64,000 nt of DNA from Rubripirellula sp. (GTDB lineage Bacteria > Planctomycetota > Planctomycetia > Pirellulales > Pirellulaceae), in the NCBI GenBank assembly GCA_965216875.1, contig OZ244207.1, forward strand, positions 8,200,644 through 8,264,643, read 5' to 3'. Below the pieces are notes generated by a model. The model did not search any database and was not told where the DNA came from. It saw nothing but the letters and a program-made list of their open reading frames with translations. Position numbers and translations under genes: made by a program. This document shows, one piece after another, positions 7,812 to 17,893 of this stretch (positions are counted from its first letter, which is position 1; each line of letters begins with the position of its first letter).

Positions 7812-10800
7812 CTACTCTGGCAGGTTGTTGCCAAACGCCGAGCGGAATGCTGCGAAGTCGAACAGGTTCACTGTGCCATTTCCGTCGCTGTCGAGTGCGG
7901 GCAGGAATTCAGCGTTTCCGGTCGAGCGATTGAAGGTCGAACGGAACGCGGCAAAGTCAAACAGGTTGACCGCCCGGTCGCCGGTTTCATCTCCGTAGAG
8001 TCGGAAGAAGTCGTCGTTGTTCGGCTGACCACTTGCTGTTTGACCAAAGACATAGTCGGCTGCCATGGTTGCGCCGCCTGAGCTCGCGACGACTTGCGCG
8101 GCCGCGACATCCAAACGGTAATCACCATCGGCGAGTGAGTTGGCCAATAGCCCCGGTCCCGGTCGATCGACAACCGAAGTTCCCGAGCTGAACGTCAACT
8201 CGACGCTGGTTTTGCCGTCTGCATTGACCGGGATGCCGACAACGACCGAGGTGACGACTTCCGCGGTGTCGTTGTTGGTCAACGTAAAGGCATTTGCCAA
8301 TCCGGCGTGCTCGACTTCTTCGCTAAACGTGACGAGCACCGAAGTGATCTGAGAGCGTGTGGCCGAGCCATCGTTGATCTGGACCGATTCGACGGTCGGT
8401 CCTGCCACGACAGGTTGTCCTTGCAGCCGAATGTTGTCCCATCCGGCGAAGTCGCTGCCGCCATTTTGAATTCCGTCAAGCACAAGACGAACGCCAATGT
8501 CCGTGTCGGGAATCGCAGCCGTTACCGTTGTCCAGGCATCGGTGTTCTTGTTGAGGATCACGTTGTCGTGTCCAGCAAGCGCCGAGAAGTTCACACCGTC
8601 GGAGCTTGTCAAAACGGTGTAGCGGAGTTCGTCGGATGTATCGAAGCCATCTGTGAAGTAATCAAATTTCAATTCGACGTCGTTGAAGGCGGACACATCA
8701 CCGTCGGCGAAAGTAAGCGTGTGGTCAAACGCGCCTCCACCATTGGGGTTATCCAAGTCCTGCATCCCCCAGAAGTTGGCTCCTTCCGAAGGCAAGGTCA
8801 GTGTGCCGCCAAGTGTGTCTTTCACCGCCCAAACGTCACCGCCTACCTCGTAGGACGCGGGGTCTGCAGTAAAGGCCCAGGTGTCGCTTGGAGCACTCTC
8901 GAAGGATTGGAACAGAATCTGTGTCGCTGGAGCACCATCGTTGTCTTCGACAAACACCACGACGTCAGGAGCCGTAAGGCCTTGGAAGTTGACGTCGGTC
9001 GATGCAACCGTGAATGAGATCAGCGACTGAAGCGTCCCATCTTCGACCGCATCGTCATTTGCAAGGACGGTTACGGTTTGAGCGGTGTTGGCCGTGGCTG
9101 GTGTGAAGGTCAGATCGATGGCGACACCAGCACCGGAGCCAAGGTCGATTTCAGTGTTATTGGGTGTGAGCGTGACGGTCACATCTTGACCGGGCGATCC
9201 GATCAGTTGGACGTCGATCGTGTCACCCGCGCCGCCTTCGACGACGCGCGTGTCGGCGCCGGTTTCGGTGACGAGCAATTCGGCTGCAGCTGCAACGGGG
9301 TTTTCCGACCCAATGTGGTCGAGAGCCGCGCCGCCCAAGCTTTGCGGAACGGTTTGTCCAAGCAACAGCGAGAAGTTGGGAGCAACACCTTCGATTCCGC
9401 CCGCTCCCCAATCAGCAGCCGTCGATCCGGTGGAATTCCCAAGCCGTCCGACCCAATTGGCTGCGTTGACACCCGTGTCAACAATCACCGCTCCTGCGGG
9501 CGAAAGGATCGTTTGGTTGGTCGTGTCCTCTGCAAAGACGATGTTGCTGTAAGCATATTCCGTTGCGTCGTCATCATCCAAGACGCTGACGGAGTCCAAG
9601 ATCGTCCAGCCGTCAAACACGGTTCCGTCGGGCACGCCATTGTCGTCGCTGTCGATGTCATCATCGTTCGACGGCGCGACGCCGGTCTGCACTAAGAAGA
9701 AGGTCGCACTGGTGTTTTCTTGGTCGCCATCACCCGCGTTAACTTCCGATGCTGCTGGGTCGATGGCGAACGTGTTGGCGACGTTGGTCAGAACAAGGAA
9801 CCCGTTTGAACCGAACGTCATGCCGGAGAGGTCGATGAACTCATTCACGTCACCAGGGGCAGTTGAATCGCCTTCGATGTTCACGAAGTAAGTCCCTGCT
9901 GCAACGACTGCGTTGGCAGGTCCACGAAGTTCGATGTATTCGTTTGGCTGGTCGATGCCCGGGGGATTGAAGAGCACTTCGTTGATAAACAATGGCTGCG
10001 CGGTGACGTCGTTGTCGGCGATCGAAACCGTTGCCGCAGGCACAGTGAGGGCGTTGTAGGACGCGTCCGTGCTTGATGTGGTGAAGTTGATCAGGCCAGT
10101 GTGTGGTCCTTCCGAATCCATGTCATCGACGGCCGTGACAGTGACAGTCTGAAGGACATTCCATGGCGTTGCCCCACCACTTGGCGTGAACGTAAGCGTT
10201 GGTTGGTCAACGGTCGTTTGCCCATCACTGATCGTCAACGTGACCGTGACGTCGCTGGTTGGTTCGGTCGTTAGCGAAACCTGGAACGTCGCTGTCGCTC
10301 CACCCTCTTCGGTGGCCAGCGTGCCTGTTGGAAGCGTGATGGTCACGCCAGGATCGAGGACGCCGGGATTCGCTGCGCCGATGTGATTGAGCAGTTGCCC
10401 TTCTTTGGTGGCAGGTGTGGTCGCACCCACCGCAAGGGAGAAATTGGGAGCGGTACCAGCGATCTCGGCACCCACCCAATCGCCTTGAGTCATGCCAATC
10501 GAGGTCGCGTTTCGAGCGACGTAGCCGAGCGGCGGAGTTACCGAATCGAAATAGTCGAAAACGATACTGGAATAAACCAGGTCGCTACCGTCGGTGTCTC
10601 GTACCGCGACGCTATCGAGTAGCGTCCAACTTGTCGCGAGAGCGCCGTCTGCAGTGCCATCGTTGTTCGCGTCAATGTCGTCGTTGATGTCGGGTGCGGT
10701 GTCGGAGTGGACCAGCAAAAAAGTATTGGTCGCATTCTCGATTTGGTTGGCTGCAACATCAGAGGTAAAGAAAGGCAATCCGCCAAAGTCGCCAGTCGAA

Positions 10801-12935
10801 CTTGTGATGACGTTGGCGTCCGTATCAAAGGTGTAGCTATTACCGTCTTGGGCAAAGACCAGATAGCCGTTGCTGCCGAAGGATAAGCCAGACAAATCAA
10901 AGATATTTGAGATCTTTCCGGGACCAAATCCACTAGAGAGATCACCCTCGATGTTAAGCAAGTAAGTTCCAGGGGCGATCACACTGCTGGCGTCCCCGCG
11001 AAGTTCAACATATTCACTCGGCGTGTCGGTGCCGGCGGTGTCAAACAGGATTTCGTTGATCAAGACCAGGGATGAAAAAACGAAATCGGTCCCCGGTGTC
11101 GCACCGCCAACGTTCCACGTCGCTGAGAGGTTTTCGGAGGTCTCGTCCGATCCGCCGACGCCATTGCCACCCGTGGTGGTCTGAGCGCCCTCGGTGAAAT
11201 CGATGCGCTGGTAGGAGGATCCACCGTCATGGGTGACGGCTGAAATGATCTCTTGGCTTGCGATCGGAGTGTCAGCGGCGTAGGCGGTCGTCGCCGAGTC
11301 AGCGTCGGGGCCATCGATGGCAACACCGGTTTTATCGACCGCTTCATTTGTGTCGCCCCAGAGTGCGTAGTCGACATCGGTCACGGTGTCTGCGATGCCG
11401 TTCCAGTGGTAGAGCGCGACCATCTCGCCGCCGTTGCTTAAGCCGCCTTGGTTGTTGATTGAGCCAGGCAACGCTTCACGCATGACGGATTCAGAGCCAT
11501 TGATGCCGTCGTCAAACAACTCGTAGGTCGGCGAGACGCTGTAGATCGTTTCAAACGCGTCCGAGCCCCCTAGCGCAATCGTTTGGTATTGGCCCGGCGC
11601 GATCGACGCTCCGATGGGGAACCGTGCATGGAAGTCACCAGCGAGACCGCCGCCTGCATTCGATCCTGTAACGATGTGCTGATAGAACGTGCTCGAGGAG
11701 GCAAACGTTGCATCTGTGATGTAGTAGTCATCGAGGCTGATCGAGCTCGATCCAGGGTTGTAGATTTCGATGAACTCACCATCGCCCGGCGTGACGGCGA
11801 TTTCGGTGAGCAGCAGTTTTTCAGGTGTGCTGACCGACGCAAGGATTTCCGCAGAGAGATCAAACGTGTAAGGGTTTTCGTTGGCGTCGTCGTTGGCGAT
11901 TGAAATGGTTGCCGTCTGCAATCCGGCAGTGGTTGGGTCAACGGTAACACCGAACGTGGTGAACGTTGATGGGCTTATCGAATTACCGAAAGGCTGCGCT
12001 GTGATCGAAAAGTCGCTTGATCCGCTAATCGTGACAATTGGAGTGCCTGTCAGATTAAGCAGGTTGACGCCGTTGTTTTCAATCTCGAAGGTGAACGACT
12101 TGTTTGCGTCGCCGGCGAGGAACGTTCCAAAGTTCGTCCCGTCAGCAAGGCTGGGCGTGGTGTCGCCAGAAAGGATGTCGACACTGTTGCCGGTGATGTT
12201 GATCTCGGGGCCCGTTGGTGTGCCCGCGGTAAAGGCCGTTGCATTGAACGGCAAGACGGCTTCCCCGTCCGTTGCCTCTGTTGTCCAGTTGGCCAGCGTT
12301 GCGATCTCGGCGAGGTAGTCCGCAAACGCCGCTGCACTACCACGCGAACCAGAGTATTGACCGCCGTCATCGTTCGCGCCGTTGGTGATCGTGATCGCAG
12401 TTGAACCTGCGACAAGCCCGGATCCGGTCAAGTCGCCAAGGTTTCCAACTTCGTTCTCGAGTGCGTGAAGGAATGTTAGCGATGAACCGGTGTCTTGGTA
12501 GGCGATCAAACCATCGCCGCCAGCTGCAAGGTTCATGCTTCCGGATACCGAACTGAGCGATCCAGAACTTGCCGTTCGCGCAGAGGTGGATGTGTCGGTG
12601 AAGACAACAACGGTCCCCGCGGCAATCAATCCGGCACCGCTATCCCATTCGATGATCCCTTCGCTGTCGACCAGCCCACCGGCGCCATCGAGTTCGGTGT
12701 CGGTGAATCGAATCTGTTGGTCGACAATATCGGTCAACGCAACGATGGCAAAGTCATCGCCGCCGTCAACGTTGTAGCCGATGAACGCGATGTCGCCCGT
12801 GGCCAAGTCGGTCGCAAGCAATCGGCGGCGCTCAAGCACTTCGACTTGGTGGCGTCGCCGAAGGCGGGCGGTGTTGTGTCGGCGGCGGGGGGAAACGGAC
12901 TTCAAGACAGACCGTCGGATTCGATCCAAACGCAT
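7812..12935 (-). CDS. Large secreted planctomycete protein (extracellular N-terminal motif, lamin-tail-like and Ig/Calx-like modules, C-terminal dockerin-like repeat)
   Basis: 'VEVLERRRLLA' N-motif; 'LTEIAV..GEFIEIYN', 'INEILF..EYVELRG' and 'INEVLF..EYIELRG' LTD-like modules; 'PEINITGN...ISIANDDANENPYTF' choice-of-anchor-D-like; duplicated 'D..G..VNLFDFAAFRS' at the C-terminus. Start moved to ATG 12935. Confidence 0.8.
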   Translation of the reverse strand: MRLDRIRRSVLKSVSPRRRHNTARLRRRHQVEVLERRRLLATDLATGDIAFIGYNVDGGDDFAIVALTDIVDQQIRFTDTELDGAGGLVDSEGIIEWDSGAGLIAAGTVVVFTDTSTSARTASSGSLSSVSGSMNLAAGGDGLIAYQDTGSSLTFLHALENEVGNLGDLTGSGLVAGSTAITITNGANDDGGQYSGSRGSAAAFADYLAEIATLANWTTEATDGEAVLPFNATAFTAGTPTGPEINITGNSVDILSGDTTPSLADGTNFGTFLAGDANKSFTFEIENNGVNLLNLTGTPIVTISGSSDFSITAQPFGNSISPSTFTTFGVTVDPTTAGLQTATISIANDDANENPYTFDLSAEILASVSTPEKLLLTEIAVTPGDGEFIEIYNPGSSSISLDDYYITDATFASSSTFYQHIVTGSNAGGGLAGDFHARFPIGASIAPGQYQTIALGGSDAFETIYSVSPTYELFDDGINGSESVMREALPGSINNQGGLSNGGEMVALYHWNGIADTVTDVDYALWGDTNEAVDKTGVAIDGPDADSATTAYAADTPIASQEIISAVTHDGGSSYQRIDFTEGAQTTTGGNGVGGSDETSENLSATWNVGGATPGTDFVFSSLVLINEILFDTAGTDTPSEYVELRGDASSVIAPGTYLLNIEGDLSSGFGPGKISNIFDLSGLSFGSNGYLVFAQDGNSYTFDTDANVITSSTGDFGGLPFFTSDVAANQIENATNTFLLVHSDTAPDINDDIDANNDGTADGALATSWTLLDSVAVRDTDGSDLVYSSIVFDYFDSVTPPLGYVARNATSIGMTQGDWVGAEIAGTAPNFSLAVGATTPATKEGQLLNHIGAANPGVLDPGVTITLPTGTLATEEGGATATFQVSLTTEPTSDVTVTLTISDGQTTVDQPTLTFTPSGGATPWNVLQTVTVTAVDDMDSEGPHTGLINFTTSSTDASYNALTVPAATVSIADNDVTAQPLFINEVLFNPPGIDQPNEYIELRGPANAVVAAGTYFVNIEGDSTAPGDVNEFIDLSGMTFGSNGFLVLTNVANTFAIDPAASEVNAGDGDQENTSATFFLVQTGVAPSNDDDIDSDDNGVPDGTVFDGWTILDSVSVLDDDDATEYAYSNIVFAEDTTNQTILSPAGAVIVDTGVNAANWVGRLGNSTGSTAADWGAGGIEGVAPNFSLLLGQTVPQSLGGAALDHIGSENPVAAAAELLVTETGADTRVVEGGAGDTIDVQLIGSPGQDVTVTLTPNNTEIDLGSGAGVAIDLTFTPATANTAQTVTVLANDDAVEDGTLQSLISFTVASTDVNFQGLTAPDVVVFVEDNDGAPATQILFQSFESAPSDTWAFTADPASYEVGGDVWAVKDTLGGTLTLPSEGANFWGMQDLDNPNGGGAFDHTLTFADGDVSAFNDVELKFDYFTDGFDTSDELRYTVLTSSDGVNFSALAGHDNVILNKNTDAWTTVTAAIPDTDIGVRLVLDGIQNGGSDFAGWDNIRLQGQPVVAGPTVESVQINDGSATRSQITSVLVTFSEEVEHAGLANAFTLTNNDTAEVVTSVVVGIPVNADGKTSVELTFSSGTSVVDRPGPGLLANSLADGDYRLDVAAAQVVASSGGATMAADYVFGQTASGQPNNDDFFRLYGDETGDRAVNLFDFAAFRSTFNRSTGNAEFLPALDSDGNGTVNLFDFAAFRSAFGNNLPE

Positions 12936-13156
12936 GCGAAATCTTTCCGAAAACTCGTGGTGAAAAACATGTGCCGGTAGCGCCCCAGGGTCCAGACGTT
13001 TTAACCATAGAAGCTGGGCGGCCAATCGTAAATCATGCGGTTAACACAATCTTCAACGCAACCGGTGACGCGTTCACTTACGGACGCTTCCTGTGTGATC
13101 CGATCGACCTCGGTTGGGCGTGCGACAGTTCGACACGGTGGTCGCCTGTAGTGGTG

Positions 13157-14581
13157 TCAATCTCGCTCGAATTGCCAGCCGATGGGCAAGTCATCGACCA
13201 TCGCCTCCAAGCTGGCATGACAATGATCCAACGAGTCGCCGATTGCAAGGAATTGTCCCTTTTGAACCAGGTCCCCCGCACCAAAATTGAAATTCAGTGG
13301 CAGGACACCTGAGGTGACCCCCGATCGATACAGGTGTGACGCCTGATTCATTTTGCCGATCAGTGCTTTTCCAGAGATCGGATCGTGTATCCGAATGTTT
13401 CGAAGGAGCCAAGCTCCGGATGGGTGAAAGTGGTTGGCAAGAATGGATGGATAAGTTGCGCCAGTCACTCGCGCGTTGATTTCGCAGACATAGACTTCGA
13501 CGCGGTTATCATCCTTTTGCACGACCAAGAAATCGGTGCTCGCAGTTCCCCGATAGCCAACCGAATGGAGCCAACGACCCGCTTGGCTTGCTTGGCACAA
13601 TAGTTCGTCGCGCACACTCGGCATCGAGTCCAAGTAACGCGGCGGTGATTCGTTGCCTTCGTGAATGCTCTGGCTGGAAAGGATTTGTTCGGTAAGATCG
13701 AACAGGTAGACCGACGATTCGTCGAGGAACATCTGAACGCTTGGGCTCAAGATGTTCGTGATGTTTTGGATTCCAGGCTCAAGCCAGCCTTGAACCATTG
13801 CGGCACCTTCATAGAAGTAGTGTTCGGGGATTTCAGGCAACGCGTTTTCGTCATCGATGGAAGACAACTTCATGATGCCGATACCGGAAGCTCCAATTTG
13901 CGACTTGAGCACCGCCGATCGGTAACCTTTTCCAGACAGCTCCTTCACCGCCGTGGGGACGTCCTTTGCGGCATCGGCCATCACCGTTGTGAAATGAGGA
14001 AGGCCCGCTTCGCACAAGAATTGGTGTAGAAGGTATTTGTTGTTTCCGCGGTGGCTTCCCTCCGGCGTGGTGACGGTTTGCTTGCCCAAATGTTGAGCGA
14101 TCTTGTGCAACGTTTCGTCCGTGACGTAACCGTCCATTCGCGACGGTGTGCAACCGGCGACCTGTCCCAGGAAGTGGTTGGCTTGGTCAGCGTCACCTGC
14201 GCTGGCCGCGCGACCAGCGTTGACGTAGTTGGCATGAGTCAGGATCTCGATTTCTGGAAGATCGAGACCGAGGTCGTTGGCAAAGTACTCGCAGAGCGTC
14301 TCGTCTGGGCGGCGCTCAAGAATCAACAGGTTGTTTCCACCCCGAAACAGAATGTTGAGAATGGGAATGAGCCGCCCACCGTAGGAATCGATTTCGCCGA
14401 CTTGCTTGGAAAGGCAATCGGTTTCATTTTCGTTTCCGAAGAAAAGGGCGAGCAGGTTGGCGACAAAGGCCACACTGTCATCCCAGAACGGCGGCAGCTC
14501 GCCGTCACAAATCCGTACGTCAATCTCACTGGGCATTGGTCGCGTCGTTGACTGCGTCGCAGGCACCAAGCGGGACATCAT
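13157..14581 (-). CDS. ATP-grasp fold ligase (pre-ATP-grasp / PGM1-like architecture)
   Basis: 'LKSQIGASGIG' loop, 'VQGW', 'SPSVQ', 'STDFLV', 'CEINARVTG' (E-x-N-x-R). Confidence 0.7.
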   Translation of the reverse strand: MMSRLVPATQSTTRPMPSEIDVRICDGELPPFWDDSVAFVANLLALFFGNENETDCLSKQVGEIDSYGGRLIPILNILFRGGNNLLILERRPDETLCEYFANDLGLDLPEIEILTHANYVNAGRAASAGDADQANHFLGQVAGCTPSRMDGYVTDETLHKIAQHLGKQTVTTPEGSHRGNNKYLLHQFLCEAGLPHFTTVMADAAKDVPTAVKELSGKGYRSAVLKSQIGASGIGIMKLSSIDDENALPEIPEHYFYEGAAMVQGWLEPGIQNITNILSPSVQMFLDESSVYLFDLTEQILSSQSIHEGNESPPRYLDSMPSVRDELLCQASQAGRWLHSVGYRGTASTDFLVVQKDDNRVEVYVCEINARVTGATYPSILANHFHPSGAWLLRNIRIHDPISGKALIGKMNQASHLYRSGVTSGVLPLNFNFGAGDLVQKGQFLAIGDSLDHCHASLEAMVDDLPIGWQFERD

Positions 14582-14638
14582 GATGCTTGGTTAGTGGACA
14601 TAGTTTATCACAACGCCAACGGGGGTGATCGGCTGTAG

Positions 14639-15703
14639 CTACTGATTCAGTTGCTCCTCGATTTCTTCATTGGCTGCCGCCGTTCCCAATGCGCCCCAAA
14701 GTCCGTAGGGGCTTTCGGCCGAAGTCAGATTTGGATCGGTTGCGTCATAGGGTTGGTGCGATGAATCACCGCAATCGATGGAGTCGGAGACGAAGATGAC
14801 CGCTCCACTGGTCATCAAGATGTGACAACCACCGGCATGAAAACTACCCGCGCTGTAGATTCCATCGACCGCCTCCAGGCCACCGACGGCACAGCTCGGA
14901 GAATTGGGTGGCAAGATCGTATTGACCAAGGAGTGGCCCGCTGCGCCATCGGCCCAACGGCCGCCGCGTCCAAGAACGCTCAGAGGCACCGAGTCGCTGT
15001 AGAAACTCGGGCGCTGCGGATCGACAACGTCTCGGCAGTGAATGGGTGAATCGAGTATCGCCTCGGCTTGAGTCACCGCAAACTGTCCCTTGATCGAATG
15101 GTCGACCTTGTTACCAATCTCGGTCATCGCGATCGTGTTGGCGAGTCCGTCGATGATGTCGCGAAAGCGGGTGATTTTGGCACCGGCCAAGGCACCGCGA
15201 ATTTCTTTGGGGTGATGCAGATCACGTGTAACGTCACCAATCGAAAAGGCATAACTTGTCAGTCCGAAGTCTTTGGGGTTCGCCGGCGAACTTGGGCAAA
15301 TCAATGTCGGGATCTGGGTCCTCCAGGGATCGAATCTGCTTTCTGCGATTGGTACCTGCAACGGACCATATCCAATACCGCCAACGTAGTTTGGCGAGTT
15401 GACCTCCGACCAAAGCGAGGTTGCCTCCATGTAGGGAACCAGCCACACCAATCCTGAGAGTCGATCTGCGATTTGCGGCGTCGTCTGAATCGACGCCATC
15501 GCGGGCGGCATCGCTTTGTAGGTGGAATGATAGTTGTGAATTGCCAAGCCAATTTGCTTGAAGTTGTTCGAGCAAGACATACGTCTGGCTGCTTCGCGCG
15601 CACCGCGGGTCGCAGGCAAGAGCAAACCTAGAAGCACTGCGATGATCGCGGTCACGACCAACAGTTCCAGGATCGTTAGTCCGGCGAATCTGTGACGTTT
15701 CAT
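14639..15703 (-). CDS. DUF1559 family prepilin-like protein
   Basis: '[24 protein letters not shown]...[25 protein letters not shown]', 'DGLANTI', 'SFHAGG'. Start moved to ATG 15703. Confidence 0.93.
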   Translation of the reverse strand: MKRHRFAGLTILELLVVTAIIAVLLGLLLPATRGAREAARRMSCSNNFKQIGLAIHNYHSTYKAMPPAMASIQTTPQIADRLSGLVWLVPYMEATSLWSEVNSPNYVGGIGYGPLQVPIAESRFDPWRTQIPTLICPSSPANPKDFGLTSYAFSIGDVTRDLHHPKEIRGALAGAKITRFRDIIDGLANTIAMTEIGNKVDHSIKGQFAVTQAEAILDSPIHCRDVVDPQRPSFYSDSVPLSVLGRGGRWADGAAGHSLVNTILPPNSPSCAVGGLEAVDGIYSAGSFHAGGCHILMTSGAVIFVSDSIDCGDSSHQPYDATDPNLTSAESPYGLWGALGTAAANEEIEEQLNQ

Positions 15704-16407
15704 TCTCCGACTCCCTCGAGAGGAATACCCTTGGCCGATCGAATTTGCCCAGGTGCCAAACCCGACAATCGCAGCTCGTAGCACAGGATTGGAATCAGCC
15801 AGCAACCCCATACGGTTGCTTGATAGGTGATGTCGTTGTCAATTCCAGCCACGATCGTGGCCCCCGAGACGATTCGCAGTAGCAGTGGGGCCGACAACAA
15901 AATGTACGTTCGAGTTGCCCAGCGCCGGTGCTTTGCGAAACGTCGCCTCATCGCCGTGCGAACGGTTGCGACCGCGGCAAGGCCTGTGGCGATCGAATGC
16001 AACGCGAACCCGGTCGCAGCAACACCGCCGGTGTAAGCCTGTGTGGCCATCACCAAACCACTCGGCACGATCAACGCCACGAGCAGGATTTGCGAGCGGC
16101 CAGCGAGGCGATGCAGTGTGCCGAACCGGGGACGACCGCCAGTCAGCATCAACGCCGCGCCAAGCAAAATGGTCAGTGGACCGACCGCAATATGAACGTA
16201 AAACGCTGCTCGGTAGAGACCAAAGAACGTTGGCTCACGCCCAATCAGAAACGAGGAGGTGAAGTCAGCGGGAAAGTAAAAGCGATACTCGAAGACGATT
16301 TCCCAAAGGACTTCGATCATCAACAGGCCGCAGACCAGTGCAAACAGCATTCGCAATCGGTCGACCCGGTCGACTTGCGCAGCTTGAACGATCCGCTCTC
16401 GTAGCAT
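15700..16407 (-). CDS. DUF2306-like integral membrane protein
   Basis: Multiple TM segments with 'FYVHI', 'LHRLAGR', 'HRRWATR'; ATGA overlap with the DUF1559 gene. Confidence 0.7.
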   Translation of the reverse strand: MLRERIVQAAQVDRVDRLRMLFALVCGLLMIEVLWEIVFEYRFYFPADFTSSFLIGREPTFFGLYRAAFYVHIAVGPLTILLGAALMLTGGRPRFGTLHRLAGRSQILLVALIVPSGLVMATQAYTGGVAATGFALHSIATGLAAVATVRTAMRRRFAKHRRWATRTYILLSAPLLLRIVSGATIVAGIDNDITYQATVWGCWLIPILCYELRLSGLAPGQIRSAKGIPLEGVGE

Positions 16408-16512
16408 TTCGGGATTCTCCCCGTCGGTCGAATGGGTGCGATACCTCCATCGAGTCCATCGTTATCTACGAGCGATTCCAAAAAGAGTTCACGGTTTGTG
16501 AGCCGGCTGTTC

Positions 16513-16706
16513 GTAGTACCGAGCCTTAGCCGGAATCTTCTCACAGGCCGCAGAACGACTGGACTACAAAGGGCGTTAGCGCGTGATTCTGATTGTCGCC
16601 TTTTGCTCCGCAAAAGTTGCGTTGGTGGACGCTGCTTTCGCGGAGGGAAAGGCGACGATCGAAGACACGGAAGCTCGGGGGCGGGACTCGTTGCCTCGTC
16701 CACTAC
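16513..16706. repeat. Mixed repeat island: REP A (16513-16539), 62-bp inverted-repeat element F (16595-16656), REP G (16684-16706, GTAGTGGACGAGGCAACGAGTCC on - strand)
   Basis: Direct matches to other copies in the window for A (1448 etc.) and F (39833-39894); G is a single GTAG-headed imperfect palindrome. Confidence 0.75.
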
Positions 16707-16715
16707 GGGAGAACG

Positions 16716-17783
16716 CTAGAAGAGATCTGAATCGTCGTCGAGGTCGTGGCCGAAGCCGCCTTCGTCGAGATCATCATCCATGTCGTCGCTATCATCGATC
16801 TCGGAATCCTCGTCGACGTCCTCGCTGCCGCGATCGAGCAACTCGGCCGGCGGCGTGGTGCCATCTTGAGGCAACCAGCGAATGGTTGGGCGTGGCGGGT
16901 CGGTCAAAGAGTCGTAGCATTCCATGACCATCCAAGCGACATCGCCGGGACCGTCGGCCAGTTCGCCCTCTTGAAAATCCTCTTCGTTCCGAAGCAGGTA
17001 AAGCGACGACATGCGCAACAATCTTTCGACGTCGCGCGGTTGATATTTGTTGGTGTCGTAAATCGCTTCCATGTCGGGAAGGTCGAATTGACCGTTGCCA
17101 ACCGTATCCATCAACACCCACGGTTCGTCTGCGGGAAAGATTCGCACATTGGTGTACATGTCTAACGGTGGCAGTTCGTGTCGCCAAGCGTAGTTGAGCC
17201 CCTCACGTAGTCCGGTTTCGTCTCGAAGGACTTCGCCACCTGGATTGAAGTAACAGATCGCTTCGGGGGCTTCCAACACATCGCTTACGGCGCGGGTCAG
17301 AAACTTGAGCTCATCCATCGGATCATAGTCCTCTGGAATCAGCGGCACTTCGTCGTCGCTTTCGTCCTCTTCCGGTTCGTTGGCACCCAGGACGTAACTG
17401 ACCAACAGACGAACATGCGCGGTATGCGTTTCCGATTCGCTGGCACCTTCTTCCCAGCCCCATGACTGTTCACCGGCACGTTGCAAACAACCTGGAAAGG
17501 CCAAGGGTCCAAACTGTCCAAGCGACCAGGCAACGAAACGTTCGGGCGCAAGTTCGGGATCGCCCATGTCGTCGGGCCATTGAGCCGATGAAGGTGTGAC
17601 CAACAGGTGGCCGTTCACTTCGGGACGATATTCAAAGACGAGTGTTTGCCGAGCGTCATCATCTTCGATCGATTCGTGCAAACCGACGTACGAAAAGGCC
17701 TTCAAGCGTTGCTTGATATCGGCTGTTGAAAGGGGACGCCGAAGCAGAACGCACATCCCTTGAGTGAACAATCCTTTTGCCAT
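16716..17783 (-). CDS. DUF4261-like protein with acidic C-terminal tail
   Basis: 'MDTVGNGQFDLPDME' resembles the DUF4261 'T.G...F.LPD.E' motif; D/E-rich tail. Confidence 0.6.
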   Translation of the reverse strand: MAKGLFTQGMCVLLRRPLSTADIKQRLKAFSYVGLHESIEDDDARQTLVFEYRPEVNGHLLVTPSSAQWPDDMGDPELAPERFVAWSLGQFGPLAFPGCLQRAGEQSWGWEEGASESETHTAHVRLLVSYVLGANEPEEDESDDEVPLIPEDYDPMDELKFLTRAVSDVLEAPEAICYFNPGGEVLRDETGLREGLNYAWRHELPPLDMYTNVRIFPADEPWVLMDTVGNGQFDLPDMEAIYDTNKYQPRDVERLLRMSSLYLLRNEEDFQEGELADGPGDVAWMVMECYDSLTDPPRPTIRWLPQDGTTPPAELLDRGSEDVDEDSEIDDSDDMDDDLDEGGFGHDLDDDSDLF

Positions 17784-17893
17784 GCCGCCAGTCTCATTGT
17801 CTCCAAAACGAAGCTCGCTGATCCCTCGTCAGGTGAGAAAACCTCAATGCCGCCGTGAAGTTGTACTTCAGATCCTTCGCCGCCACGAGAGCT

